Notes under the pieces: model-generated
Seen by the model: only the letters and a program-made list of their open reading frames with translations
What the model was told of the DNA's origin: nothing
Databases searched by the model: none
Program-made: the position numbers and the translations under genes
In this document: piece after piece, positions 24,934 through 39,440 of the stretch
How positions within the stretch are numbered: position 1 is the stretch's first letter
Layout: every line of letters begins with the position of its first letter
NCBI GenBank assembly: GCA_964270895.1
Contig: OZ185440.1
Reading direction: 5' to 3' (one strand)
Origin: Podarcis filfolensis
Taxonomy: Eukaryota
Length of the DNA: 64,000 nucleotides

Positions 24934-27900
24934 TGCATAATAGGAGGGAAGACCCTTCAAAATATTAAAGTATCTTGGAACGTAGAGGACTGGAGTCAGA
25001 GAACCAGGCGTGCACTCCCAATTCCCAGTTCAATCCAGAATTCCAGCATTTACGGTAATGTGGGGAAGGGAGACTTCTTTGAAAGGAAAAAAATGCACCA
25101 CACCATCCCCATACCATTCAGGGTCAGAGTTGGCTGTGCCATTTTGTGGACAAAGGTGCTTTGGTGTTAAGCATAATTCCACGCAGCGATTAGGTCCAGG
25201 TTGGCAGTTTGCTCACGCATCACCTGACATGTAGATTAATCTCTTTTCTGTTTGTAATACATGAAGTAGCCCTATGTGAAACAGCGGCAACAAAAAGGCA
25301 GCCTTTTGTAAAAGTTTCCCAGATGTTAATTTTATCAGGATTGATGAAAGCCGGTTTTTTGCTTTCTGTGGACACCTCCTGCCCTGCCCTTCACTTATCT
25401 TTGACTGTGTTCCACACATCCATATGGAGGAACAGCTGCTACATGGGTAAAGTGTTCCCTGCTAATCACCTTGAAAACCTGACACCTTCCTCTGTGCAGA
25501 GGCCAGGGAGGGATGTTTATGCAGAAGTTAAGCTAATGCTCAAGGCAAATGCAGCCGGCTGGAAGAGTTAGCCTTAAAGCCTGGCAAAAATCACCTTTTG
25601 TGTTAAGCTGCAAGTTGAGCACCTTATCTTCCCACTCCCCCCTCCCAATTTAAATAGTAAGGAAATGAATAGATTATAATCTGTTTAGAAATAAGGTTCT
25701 AAGATTTCCTCATTATTTCTTTTTTTAAAAAAAAAACACCTAATTATTTCTAACACCCAAATCTATATACCTGAGAAAAAGCTCTGCATTTGAACAAAGA
25801 CATGTAGGGCAGCTGCATAAGAGCAATGATGTTGCTGAGAAACCCCTGCTTTTGTTCTTACAGCCTGTGTAGTGTCAAACTGCAGTCCTCTGCAGACCTT
25901 CAAAGTGCCTGCACAGTGACAAACAGGATTACCACCATCCCCTTCATGGAGCACCTGCTGGTTCCACCTGCCATCCACATGTTTGACTTAAGGCAGTGTA
26001 TGCAAAAAAGCTTGCTTGCAATCAACTTAATATGCACAGACCTCTGCACAATCTGTACATGCAAACCCAGAGCTCCCAAACTAAGAGGCTCCTATGAAAA
26101 CCAAGAAGTGGTACGAGAATCAAATCTTTTAAAGATCTGATGAAGCAACTGACAGAAAGAAAGAATCTGAAGCAAATAATGGGGCCTCTGCTTGACATAA
26201 GCATAAATTAATCAGAAAGGGAGCTGTCAAATGAGGCAAAAGCACACACAAGTCAGGCAAAAGGATGCAAGATTTCTCAAAGAAGCTAACTTTAAAGGGC
26301 TGTGAGAGAGACAATAAAACAGCAGGAGAAATTCAGCGCTGATAAAGACAAGCGTGGAAGTATATCAAAAGAAAAGCTCAAAAATGGTAAGCAAACATAA
26401 ATAATGAATTGCAATTTAATTAGGATGCAATCCCATACTGAAGATTTGACAGCTTTCGACTTTGGCAGACGCCTCCACCTCTCTTCCCAGAACCTTATCT
26501 GGTACAGTATCTCACCTTGGAGCTTCAGGCCCAAATGCCAAGTTACCTTCTGCTCCCACAACTGGAGATGCAAGGACACAGCACCCCACACAGGTAAGCA
26601 AGTTAAAGAAAAACCCTTCCTGTAATGTATAACCATTGCAGCGGCCTCCCATGTCTCCCCCACGCCTTTCATAGTACATAAATACTGTGTCTTGTTTGAA
26701 CCGTCTTGCCCTCCCCAAGATCAGTGCTCTCTACATAGAGGAGGTACTCATTCTCACACCCAGGTGAACTCTTCATTGGCAAAGGCCAGGCACTCCTTTC
26801 CAACTCTGTTGCAAGGCTATAAACAAGCATGAGAGGGTTTTGCTCTTCTTTTATACAGAGCAAAAAGGAGAGAAAAAATAAGTACGGTAAATCAAAGGAT
26901 TTTGCTGAACTTGTTCAAGGAAAAAGTTTAGTTCTTCAGCACCTTCATTTATAGTGCAAACATGATATATTTTTCCTCCTGCTTAACTTAAATTCAGAAG
27001 GCTTATTTAGCTTTGTTGCAGAACAAGCTTTGGGGTTTTGTGACATGTTAAACAATGTTTTGGCACTCTATTAGCATTTTCTTAAACTAATAAGAGACAA
27101 AGGGCTCATGAAAATATAGAGCCTTTCTCAAACACCATTTAAATTAGATCTAGCTAGTGTGTAAAAAGTGGTTTTGTTCCTAGGCTGATGAACAGCAAGT
27201 GGTTCAAAATAGCAATTGAAAACAAGCCAAGCCTTTGAAGTTTCACAGCACTTGAATATCTGGGAAGGGAAAAGGTAAGACAAGAGTTATTATATTAAGA
27301 CTGTTTGACAGGGAAGGTTTTTGAAATCCCTTGATCTTTCTCAGCACATCCAGTTTTTACAGAAAGGTGTAGCCACACACATTTTCTTCTAGAACAGTAT
27401 ATGCCACTTGATCACAGAAGAACTATCAGACTTTGGAAGAAAATGCATTTTAATACAGGAGAAAATGCTACGGGTTTTGTGCTTTTAAAAAGCACCCAGT
27501 ATTTTCCTCAACCAAATACAAATATGTGCACCACCAAGGACTGCAAAACTTTTGCCATGTAAAACTTCTGCAGGGAGTATGTCACTACTCTGCTCCCTGC
27601 CCCCGCAACCAAAAAGTGTTGGAGATTATGTACTTGGCTTCATTTTAGTTTCATCACGTCTACCATCACAACGTACATAATAGAAAGAGGTTAATGAATG
27701 TGTTCAAGAAGGGAGAGGGACAGAGGCTGAACCTAGAGAGTGAACTACTCAGGAGCAGAGCCATGGAAAATCGGGTGTGTAGTCAGAAACAAAACTGTGC
27801 ATGACCCAGTGACAAAAACACACACACTTTTTCAGTACTTGCTCTGTCTGGTGTAAGTGGACTGCACATCTGCCCATGGAACAATGCTGAGTGGAACCCC

Positions 27901-30900
27901 CAGTCTTCCAAATCACAGGCACTCAACAGGGCTAAACATCACCCTCCAAATAGAGATGTGCAGAATGTCACTTGGAGGTGGCGCTTGAAACTATGGTTAG
28001 CAGTGCAAAGCTGGGGGCCAAACTTGGCAACGGATGGTTGAAATTAATGTGCCTAGCTTTCTTATAATTTGTGGCCGAGGGGGGATCAGGATTTGGACCC
28101 TGTACCAAGGGGCAGTTAACAGTGTCTGTCAGCCATGTTCCTGGCAAAAATTGTTCTTGCCCCGTGCCCCAAAAGCTGCTATTTGAACCAGGAGGGAAAG
28201 TGCTACTGGCATCAAAGGGAAGCTTCCCTCCTTGTCATGTCTCGTGTCCCTTTCCATCCCTGTACTGATGTCTGCACGTGTACCCTGCAAATATGTAAAG
28301 AGAAATACAAGAATGGAAAAGGACAAAAAACAAACTAACATGGAACAAAAGGCAATCGTTTGGGCTCAGCCCAAGAGATTTGGCCCAGATCCCTGCCCTT
28401 ATCTGTATGCACAGTGGCACAGAATTCTCATTACTGGTTGAAGCAGAGAACAGGGCAGTGCATTGCTCTCTTTCAGCCTATGCAAGCAATTCCCGGTAGC
28501 CAGCTTCCAGTATTTTTAAAACATTTCACTGGGATAGTAAAATTCTTGAAGGAGGAAAAATTACGTAGTAAGTACAATTCCAGATGAAGCTCAGAAGGGC
28601 TACAACAAGTGCTACTTTTCTGTAATGAAATTCAAGTCCAAGGGGTCTCAAGTGTAACAGCTACAAGTTGAGCTTCCAGGCTGGATCCACCATCTTTTAA
28701 CTGAACCTGCAGAGGCTCAGCTGCTGAGCACTTGCTTTGCAAGCGTGCCGCCCCAAGACCGAGAAAGGGCTCTGTGGGAGAGCAATTCCCAGTCACGGTT
28801 AATGATGCTGAGTGAGATGCACCGCTGCATCCCAACCACCTGCACTTGTTTAATGGGTACAGTGCCTTCCCTCCCACCCTTCACTCTGTGTGCTTAATTC
28901 AAGCTATTGTCAGAATATCCTCCAGACCTATCAATTTGCCTCTTTGAATGCCAGGGGGTTTTGTGGGGGGGGGTTGGTTTAATTTTTGCTTCAGTCTTAT
29001 ATGCAGCAGCATTCGGCATTTTGAATTAGATATGGAGCTAGAGCAGCCTACAATGCTTTTAAAGCTAACTGTTTGTTGGATGTAAAAAATATGTGGGAAC
29101 ACAAAGTCAAGCACTCAGTTTCATGCATTCTGTCACTTAAACACCCAACTGAGATTGCAACCTGTGCTTTTTTGATTGCAGAGAAATGTATGTTTTTACC
29201 TGGCAAAACACCGAAGGACAAGCCATTAGCAGCTCACATATATTCAGTCGTGTCTGGATGTTACACTAAACCACTGTTTAAAAGCAATGTGAATGAGTCT
29301 ACCTTCCTTCAGGGCTCTCCCCACCTACCCACAGCTAAAAGAAGGAACATATAAGCTCTTGCTTTGCTTTCAGTAAACTATGACTTCCTGCGTTGTCAAA
29401 ACTGAGAATAGTAGTTTAACACTAACTATGGTTAGGGTTTTTATATAAAATCAATACAGCTTCATAACTCACAATTTGAAGTTGACTTGTTTGAAAACTA
29501 AGTGCAGTTAGTGAGAAAACATTATCCCTGCTTCAGATAGCACACGAAGTCACAATTTACAAAAAAGGAACAGCCTGTGGACTCATGTTCTTGGCTGTAT
29601 GGGAGGAACAGAGTTGCTCAGGAAGAGAGGAGGCTGATTCATGCAGTGTTAAACCACAGTCTAATGTTACATCTGAACTTGGTCATTGCCTTCCCATTTT
29701 CTGTAAGGCATACATGATTCTGTCTGCTCACGATCCCTCTATCTGCAAGTATGTGTGCACACCCATCACTCAAGAGCAATAGATTAGCACAGAGTTTGAC
29801 ATTTCCAGGCTATTAAGGAAATTCCACTTTTAATGAGCAAGAACTTCTGTGCAATTCAAGACAATTCTCCTGGACATAAGCTTACTGTACATATCCATTT
29901 ATTTTCCTTGGCAAGAGACTGACATTTGCTCCTGGCACTTGCCTGAGCTGTTCTTTATTTGGCACATTGTAAGGATAACCTACCCGAGTGCAATGAATAG
30001 CAGGTAAGTCAGAAAAAGGGGGAGAAATAAAAAGAATTCTACTGACAAACCACTTTTCCAGACAAGAACATATACTAAATATGAAAAAAAAAATTAAAAC
30101 ACAAATGAGGGGTATATTATGAAAAACAATTAACAGTCATGTAAAGAAAAGATACTTTTCTTCTGTAAAAAATAGATGGTAGATAAATTTAAAACACACA
30201 CATTTGGTCTAACACAATGAGGAAGGGCTATTGTTCGGCTCTACGTTTTGCATACAAAACGTCCCAGATTCAACCCCCTATGTCAAAGCCTTTTCTTCAG
30301 TGTGCGGTTGGACAGAAATGAGGAGTTGAGGGGAAACTGTACCATTAGAAAACTAATAATGTGAAGTTTGAAAATAAAGGGGGAAATTAGACATGTGAGG
30401 CATAAGTGTTTATTAAGCAGTTAATTGACATGAAATGTCAGGGACAGCATGTACCCAAATTGTATCAGGGTAGAATGTGCTCCATTTCCATACTTAAAAT
30501 AAACTGCCCAAACCAGATTAAAACATCTTCTTTTGGGCGGGAACCACCTCTTCTTCACCTTCACCTTTTGGCAGGTAACACTTCATTTTATCCTTGTAGT
30601 TACTCTTAAAATATTCCTGTTTTTGCACCTGTCACCAAACTAAGGCAGACTCATCTACCATATAGTGACAGTTCATTTATAAGAACTAGTATCTCCTATG
30701 GAGAAACTGCCATTGATACAGAGTGTAAAGCACGCTTTGTGTTTGTTCAGCCTTTGCTATTTTGGGGGGGGGGGTTACAATGGGGAATTGGTGCAGTTGC
30801 TTTTTAAAAAAAACCCCTCCCAGTGTCTCCAAGCAGAGCTGGGAAAGACTTCTGTCTGAAACCCCGCCAGACAGTATCAAGCAGGTGTGGAGGTACATTG

Positions 30901-30964
30901 GAAACTACTGGCAGATCTCTGGGTGATTTCCAGGAGCTTGGTAAGGGATTCCAACTGTCTAGTA

Positions 30965-31206
30965 CAGTGGTACCTCAGGTTACAGACGCTTCAGGTTACA
31001 GATGCTTCAGGTTACAGACTCCGCTAACCCAGAAATTGTACCTCAGGTTAAGAACTTTGCTTCAGGATGAGAACAGAAATCATGCTCCAGCGGCGCGACA
31101 GCAGTAGGAGGCACCATTAGCTAAAGTGGTACCTCAGATTAAGAACAGTTTCAGGTTAAGAACGGATGTCCAGAACGAATTAAGTTCTTAACCCGAGGTA
31201 CCACTG
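30965..31206. mobile_element. Tigger/pogo-like MITE
   Basis: TIR CAGTGGTACCTC(A/G)GGTTA; TA TSD. Confidence 0.85.
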
Positions 31207-33226
31207 TAATAGCAACACCAGAAATAGGTGGGGCAACCCAGCCAGATGGGTGGGGTATAAATAAAAATAAAATATCACACACACACACAAATCCTAAATT
31301 AGGCTGCTGAAACAAAGAAAGCCTGCAGGGAAATCTAGGCTGAACATATGTTAAGGGGCACCTTGTCCTTAATTCTTAGGGCTTGTCCACACTTCTGCTT
31401 GCCCCATGCCTAGAAAGCATGGGTCTAAGCAAGTTTCCCCTTGCCCCACTCATTTCCCAAGAAAAACCTGCTCTTTAGCTTTAAATTGGAACAAATGGCA
31501 GTTCACGAAAAACCCGTGCCATTTGTTCTGACTGATAACAAAAGAGCATTTTTTCCCCAGGGGAAAGCAGTGGGACAACAGGAAGTGGATAAGCCCTTAG
31601 CTAAATTTATTTTGCACCTGGCTCTAGTTGGGGGATCTCATGAGTTCTAGTACAATAATATGGTAGATCCTGCAAGACCACCCTCCCCTGGTGTACAGTG
31701 TAGATGCCTCTGAGCTGGATGAACAGTGGTCTGAGTTGGTTGGTATAAGGCAGCTTTCCATGTTCTCAGTCCCTGCTTTCTCCCACCTGCGATGATCAAT
31801 CAATAGTAAAGAGACCCTTTTAAGCAGAAAGTGCTTTCATACCAGTAAAGGTCACTTAGCTGCTGTAAGGAATGCTAAGTTTATCACAAATGTGGAAATG
31901 GGTATTTTCAGGAAACTGCAGCATTCTTCCAATGCACTCAGAATAATTCTACCTCCAGAAAGCTGGACCCAGAACCTTGTACTGAATAATAATAACTGAA
32001 GCATAGTTGAAATATTGGCCAGTCTTAAAAGCTGTCCAGCTGCCTCTGTAAGGAACAGGTTGTAAAAGCAGCTAAGGAATAACAAGGAGTTCTTATCTGG
32101 ATTCACCATGTACTCCTCCTTCGGGCATTCTGAACCAGGAAGCAAACAAGGCTGCCATCTGGCACTGGGAGTGTACCTGCCATTCCAACTCCACTTCCTT
32201 CTCCCCCATGCCCAAAGTATCTCTGCTGTTTGCAGTGGCTCTCAATACCATTTTACAAGTGGTTTTGTCACTGATGACCATACAAACAAGTTCTATCTCC
32301 TCAGAACATTTTGCTTTTTTAAATGAGCAATTCAATCTGTCTTTAAGAGGCATGCAGACATTCTTTGAGAAGATTAGACACATGCCTATTATGAAGCAAA
32401 AGTGGTCCGTTTCCTGGAACTGTGTTAGAAGCCCAATCTTGTTTGCAATCTTCTGGTTTCACTGTACTTCTGCTGGCAACTCTCCTCATCCCTCGATTAT
32501 CAGAATCAGATCTCTTCACTAACTTCCCTGTCTGAGATGGCACAATAGCAAGTTCACGGAATGCTGCTTAACAGCAAATAAAACTGCTGGTCCAAGCAAG
32601 CTGGGATTCTCTATCCTGGCTGGCACATGTCCTTCCCAGCCCAGATGCCAGGGACTAAACCCAGATACTTGTTTCACACAAAGCTTGTACTTTAGTAGTA
32701 ACCTGTGTTCCCTCCTCTCTTGCTTTGCTAGCGGGGAAACATTTCTGATGCAGGATTAGGACTTTCCGGGCCACATAGTACAAAACATATCTAGGGCATC
32801 CACTATACTCATTTCTCCACATACATCCTCAGAAACCCCTGGGCAACCGTTTATGGATTAAAAGTGGCTTTTCCAACTCAGCTGAGCCTCACAATGTTAG
32901 ATAGCCTAGGCCCCTGTCGTTACAAATCCTCCAAGCTACTGGTTTTTCCAGTTTTACTTCATGTACACATAAACCGCCACTCAGCCTCTGAAACCAGCAG
33001 CCTGTAAAAGGCAAAATCAACATTTTAAGTTTCATTTATTGCGTGTTCACCACCTGCTCTCCTTATCAGGTTGATTCTTCACTTCACTTTCTTCTAGCAC
33101 TAATTTCCAGCATTTTCTTTCTATATGTGTTTCCTCTCTAAACCACTTCTTCATTTAATTGAAGAGATTGAAAGTATGGCTTTTCATCTCTGTAGCAACA
33201 ACTTTGAAAACGTGTGCGAGCACAGT

Positions 33227-33227
<1 letters not shown>

Positions 33228-33259
<32 letters not shown>
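33228..33259. repeat. (GT)n microsatellite
   Basis: Direct reading. Confidence 0.95.
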
Positions 33260-33264
<5 letters not shown>

Positions 33265-34220
33265 GCATGCACTACCTTGAGATATTTGCAAACTGGATTT
33301 TACAAAGGTCAAAACCACCCTTTTCTTCTCTCTACCAGAAGAAATTAGCAAGGGGTCTGTGGTGAATAGGTGCACAAGATGCTGGTCACAGATGCCAACT
33401 TGAAGAAAATATTGGGGTGGGGGTGTGCCTCTCCTCACTTCTCCCCTCTCTCCACACCACCTTCCTTCACCATGAGGACACAAGCCTGTAAAAGAGGGTG
33501 GTGTCCAGCTAGGAGGGAGGTGGCTGTCCAAGGGAGGAAGGTGCCAACTTGTGGAAAATAGGGAGGGTTCAGCTCCCCCTAAATATTCTATTGGAGGACC
33601 AAAGGGACCAGGGCCTCACAGAGTTGGCACCTATGTGCTGGGCTGTGTACACTGTACCCCGCCCCCCCCCCCCGCCGCCGCCACTGCCCAAACAGCATGT
33701 GTTGCTCCTATCCCAATATTCACTCCCAATCTCCACAGGTTTAGTGTCTGTTGAATATAGCTGGATCCTCCCTTCAGGCATTCACTCTAAAGAAAGGTTA
33801 GGAGAAGATGCAGTCATGCACACACTTTGGGCCCTGATGCATTCTAAACATCTGAATAGGGCTTAAGGAAAAATGACTAAATTTTGCTGGAATACACAGG
33901 GCAGAAACTGAAAGGAACTGAAAAGAAAAATCTAAATGTGGATACAAATGGTTCTAAATTTAACCCCATAGTGGTAGGATTACTACAATGTGTTTCAGGG
34001 TGGATATTTTTTTTTTAAGTGAGAAACGGAAGTTACAGCTCTGTGTTGTGCAACAAGGGGGCTAGGTGGGGCAGGTGGATATATCACAGAATGTATAAGT
34101 ATCTACTGGTGAAGCAACAATTACCGCAGACCAAGCCAACCATTGTTGCACTTCAGCACAACATTTAAGAAACAGGCGAACTTGCACATGTTTGCCAGTT
34201 GCTAAGTTGCCTGATTAATC

Positions 34221-35825
34221 ACTGAAGGAAGCAGTGGTGTGTCCACTCTTAAAGAAAACTTCATTAGATCCCTTAGACCTATCCAATTACCACCCAGTTT
34301 CAAATCTTCCATACCTGGGTAAGGTAATTGAGAGAGCGGTTGCTGAACAGCTTGGTAGGTTTCTGGAGGAAACATCGGCATTAGATCCATTTCAGTCCGG
34401 TTTCCGTCCTGGTTCTGGGACGGAGACGGCTCTGGTTGCCCTAACAGATGACCTCCGTAGACAACTGGATCGAGGCGGGTCAGGACTGCTGATCCTTTTA
34501 GATTTGTCAGCAGCCTTTGACATGGTCGATCATGATCTTCTGGACCACCGCCTCGCAGACGTGGGGATACAGGGCATAGCCCGTAACTGGCTGTGCTCTT
34601 TTATCTCTGGTCGGGGACAGAGGGTGGCACTAGGGAGGGAAATGTCGTCGCGCCACTCCTTGGTGTGTTGAGTGCCGCAGGGTGCAATTCTCTCCCCGAT
34701 GCTTTTTAACATCTTTATGCGCCCCCTTGCCCAGATTATCCGGAGCTTTGGGCTGGGCTGTCACCAATATGCTGATGACACTCAGCTCTATCTGCTGATG
34801 GATGGCCACACCGACTCGGCCCCGAACACACTGACCAGATGCTTGGAAGCTGTGGCTGGATGGTTTCGTGGGAGCCGATTGAAACTAAATCCTTCAAAGA
34901 CAGAGGTCCTATGGCTAGGTCGGGATGGCATGGGGATGAGGGACCAACTCCCTTCTCTTGCGGGGGCCCAATTAGTGCCATTGCCTTCCATTAAGAGTTT
35001 GGGTGTAATCCTTGACGCCTCCCTTTCCATGGAGGCGCAAGTTACAGCAACAGCCAAGGCGACATTTTTCCACCTTCGCCGCATCAAGCAGTTGGTCCCT
35101 TACCTTTCCCGCCCCGACCTGGCCACAGTGATCCATGCGACGGTCATCTCCAGGCTTGACTACTGTAATTCGCTCTACGCGGGGCTGCCCTTGAAGCTGT
35201 CCCAGAAACTCCAGCGGGTACAGAATGCTGCAGCGAGGCTCCTCACGGGGTCTCTGCCATGGGAGCATATTCACCCAGTGCTTTTCAAGCTGCACTGGCT
35301 CCCGGTGGAGTACAGGGTCAGATTTAAGGTGCTGCTTTTGACCTTTAAAGCCCTTCACAGCCTAGGACCCTCGTACCTACGGGACCGTCTCTCCTGGTAT
35401 GCCCCACGGAGAGCCTCAAGGTCCATAAATAACAACACCCTAGTGGTCCCAGGCCCTAAGGAAGTTAGATTGGCCTCAACCAGAGCCAGGGCCTTTTCAA
35501 CTCTGGCTCCGGCCTGGTGGAACGCTCTGCCTCATGAGACCAGGGCCCTGCAGGATCTGATTTCTTTCCGCAGGGCCTGTAAGACAGAGTTGTTCCGCCT
35601 GGCCTTTGGCTTGGAGCCAATTTGATTCCCTCCCTCCCTCTCTTTCTTTTTTCTTTTCCTTCTCCTCCTGCGATGAGGCTACATTTTAATATTTTAATGT
35701 TCCATTATTTTAATGTTGTATTTTATTTTTGTTTTTAAGTTGTAATCATTCATCTTGTTTTTATTATTGCTTGTAAGCCGCTCTGAGCCCGACCTTGGCT
35801 GGGGAGGGCAGGGTATAAATAAAAA

Positions 35826-35865
<40 letters not shown>
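34221..35865 (+). mobile_element. 5'-truncated L2 LINE (RT domain, 3' UTR, (TTA)n tail)
   Basis: Continuous frame 34234-35625 with RT motifs NYHPVSNLPYLGKVIE, QSGFRPG, LLDLSAAFDMVDH, VPQGAILSP, YADDTQLY and L2-type C-terminus (SRLDYCNSL, LHWLPV). One in-frame TGA at 34669-34671; (TTA)n at 35827-35865. Confidence 0.93.
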
Positions 35866-37384
35866 GTTGGTATCTGTATTGTTCATTCATTGCTATGGGG
35901 CTTCAGCTCAAACAATAAAACATTATCCTGGAAAGGACAGTGCCTCATTAATCAGGCAATAATTGCACATATGTAAAACAAAGAAGAGTGCTAATTAGGC
36001 TGTTCATGCTATTGTCCATGACACGCCACAACAGAGTGAATTCAGCAAGATCCATTCTCCGGTTTGCTATGGCTCCATACCTTTTCATACCTAAGCTCTG
36101 AGCGTGGATGCAAATGATAAGCAGACACATTATATAGAGAGCACTTTAAACTGGTGTATCATGCAGAATGTCCAGTGTTGGCACATCAGTTATTTGTAAC
36201 ACTTTGCCTTACAGGCTGCTACACACCTCTGTGTCTTGCAATAACGTGGTACACAATGGGGACTGCACGTGATGCTCACCCACAAGGAGCAGCACTCATG
36301 TGCCTGGATTTAAAAGCAGCCACTACATGGCTGCTCTTCATTACAAAGTCAAAGACTTGCAAATTATAAAACATTGCATGTATAGCAACGGTGATTGGCA
36401 GCCTTTTCAGTTCAGCTTCTTTATGCCAAAACACCTGATCTAAAGACTAGCTCCAGCAGCACTTAAATGTTAGGAAGGATGTGCCAGCAATACAAAATCA
36501 TAAAGCATGAAAGTTACATCAGCACTACAGTACTGCTGATTGACATCTATGCAGAAAAATGATGTAAATTAGGAAATACCTGTATTATTTAAAATAAATT
36601 ACCAGGGGGTTTTCAGTCCCCTGAGGCTCCAAGACTCTTACCTATTTAGAGTTTGGAAGCTGCAGTGTGGCTTGTCTAAAGAGATTCCTAAAACTTGAGG
36701 ACAGCAAACCAAATCCAGTTGTACAGGATGTTTTGGCAGCCAAAAGCAGCACACACTGTAAAACTGAGTATAGCGCCCAGGACCTCCTGCTTCTTTTATA
36801 AATGAGGATAAGGATTTCCACAGAATGGAATGATTTTAATTGAGGTATATGGACCTGAGTCATCTCAAAAAGCAGAAGAGGGTGGTGCAGTGTAAATATA
36901 CAGCGATATACATAGTTCCAAAAGGGAAGTAGCTGGGATTATGGCTTGAAAAATGGCACATTACCTAGAAAATAAATTGCTATCATTTATCTTCTGCAGG
37001 TTCCAATTGAGCAGCAAATTATGTGAAGGAAGTAAAATGTCAGTTTGTGTAGGAGAAACATTTACACAGGGCAGAGGGACTTCTGGAAGAGAGCTGAGGA
37101 GGAGGAAGCAGGTGGGACAAGCAGCCAATCAAAAATGATGACCAGAAAAAAACACAACCCCAACTGAAAGACAAGCCTGGCTATTAGTGGAAAGGGGTGA
37201 ACAGGTAAGGGAGCTGATGAAGCATTGCGGGGGCAGAATGAGACTAATAAGCCTGATGTTTGACGACAATTTTTTACCTTGCTTTCCTCACTCTAATATA
37301 TTCCTAGAACCTTGGGCCACTCAATGATGATGCATGTTGGAAATTTCAGAACAGCAAAATAAAATACTTATTCGCACAGCAGAT

Positions 37385-37660
37385 AAATAGAGTATGGTGA
37401 TGGTGATGGCTGCAACCAGCTTTAAAGGGGTGATTTGATAAATTCATGGTGGATAAGGCTATCCATGGCAAACAGCCATGAAAGCTGTATGCTACTTCCA
37501 TGTCTCTGAATACCCATCACCGAGGAATATAAGTGCAGAGATTGCTCTAGTGCTCATTTCTTGCCTGTAAACTTTCCAATAGGCACCATCACTGAGATAA
37601 CAGGATGTTGGAGTAGATGGACCTTTAGCCTGATCCAGCAGGGCTCTTCCTATGTTCTTA
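37385..37660 (+). mobile_element. CR1 LINE 3' fragment
   Basis: GATAAATTCATGGTGGATAAGGCTATC... ending CTGATCCAGCAGGGCTCTTCCTATGTTCTTA. Confidence 0.65.
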
Positions 37661-38566
37661 GCTCTACAGAAACTGACCTCATGATCAAGAATCTGAAGTA
37701 GCACTATGTAACAGATCCCCTTCCTTGTATGTGGGTACTCAACAGCCCAGTAGTTATGCCTTCTTGATTTATGGTTGCCACCACCTATTTCAGTCTGCAG
37801 CCTGTCGTGCCACCCCAAACAAGGAGGGATCTGGGGATGCCCCATTAACTATTAGATCCTGGGATCCCGGGCCAATGCACCTTGTGCCTCCAGCCAATCC
37901 CCTGCTCCTGGTGTCTCCCAGAGGATAGATTAATGTACTAGTCTATAAGAACTCTGATCCTAAATTCCATGTAGCATTAATTCCAAGCAGTCTGGATGCA
38001 TGGGGATGACTAGAATCCTGAGGTCGGCAAATGCACACACTTCAGTGATCAAGTTATGAAACTCTATTAAGAATAAAAGAAAGAGGGGAGTAGGCAAATG
38101 TTCAACAGAATACTATAAACAAAATGAGAGCCCGGTGGCTCAAACCCCTAACTGATCTAACCAGTCAGCACTGTATTTCTAGTTGCTTATGAGTAAGCTG
38201 CAAGAATGGTCAGCTTCCCAGTGCATAGCAAAATGCTGTCTGGCCCTGATGCAGAAAGGTCACAGGCCCCGAGGTGGGGAAGCAAGAACAAAGGGAATGA
38301 TCCTAGCGTACCTTTTCATGGGATTCCTGCCCAATGACCAATCAGACCTCAAGTCACATTTTATAGGTAAATGGGAGATACTTTGTCAGAGTAAGGTGAG
38401 AGGCTGAGGAGTCGTTTAGGGTTTAAATTAAGACCCAGATTTTCCCAACTTTCCGTCAGACAGTTTTAATCTTTCTCTTGTGAGATAGCCAGCTGGGTGG
38501 GGAAGCTGCGGGGGCTTTGCTCACAGAAATAGAGAAGCAGGAGACCAGTGCTCCTCTGTCACAGTA

Positions 38567-38807
38567 CAGTGGTACCTCGGTTTAAGAACAGTCCGGTTTA
38601 AGAACAATTTGGTTTACAAACTCCACAAAACCGGAAACAGTGTCTTGGTTTGAGAACTTTACCTCAGTCTAAGAACAGAATCTGAACGGTGGAAGGGCAC
38701 CAGCAGCGGGAGGCCTCATTAGGGAAAGCGCGCCTCAGTTTAAGAATGGTTTTGGTTTAAGAATGGACTTCCAGAATGGATTAAGTTCGTAAACCGAGGT
38801 ACCACTG
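38567..38807. mobile_element. Tigger/pogo-like MITE
   Basis: TIR CAGTGGTACCTCGGTTTA; TA TSD. Confidence 0.85.
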
Positions 38808-39305
38808 TACTTACATATTCAAGAGTTTACTCGTACAGCATGTGGTGAGGCTAATGGGGGTGGGAGTGGAGTGGGAAATGCAGGTGTTTATCTGAATATC
38901 AAATAAATCTAGTAAAGCAAGGACAGCTAAGTCCAGGCTTCCGGTAAGAGGAAACACACAGTCATCAGTGTACGGGTGATAACTGTAGCACATAACCAAT
39001 TACAGTTGCCTTACTAGACCAAGGTTATAAAAGAGTGAGGAGAAGCTGAAAACTCATTGATGCACAAGATGTACAGTGAAAAGGGCGATATTAAGACTTA
39101 TAAATGCAGCATCAAATATTTCTCAATGTAATTGTCCTATACATCAGCAGGAGCTTTTATCAGTGTTTCCAATACAGAACACTTTTTGTCTCACCTCAAT
39201 ATTTACGATCTACAAAAGCAAGCAAAAACAAACGTTTTTGTTTCTTTAAAAGAGTCCTCTTAATTCAGAAATATAGGAATTAGTCTGAGGTTTTATCTGG
39301 CCTTA

Positions 39306-39440
39306 GGCCAGGGAGGGGAACCTGTGACCCTTTAAATGTTGTTCGACTACAGCTCCCGTCGTCCTTGACCACTGGTTATGCTGGGTGGGGTTGATGGAGT
39401 CCAATGAGATCTGAAGAGCACAAAGGCCCCATCCCTGGTC
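39306..39440. mobile_element. hAT-type palindromic MITE
   Basis: CCAGGGAGGGGAACC...GACTACAGCTCCC...CCCATCCCTGG; related to the 59293 outer element. Confidence 0.5.

Noticed and set aside
37134-37218. ATGATGA ... CTGA spaced like a box C/D snoRNA
   Set aside because: No terminal stem, no recognisable antisense element, and on the strand opposite the host intron.
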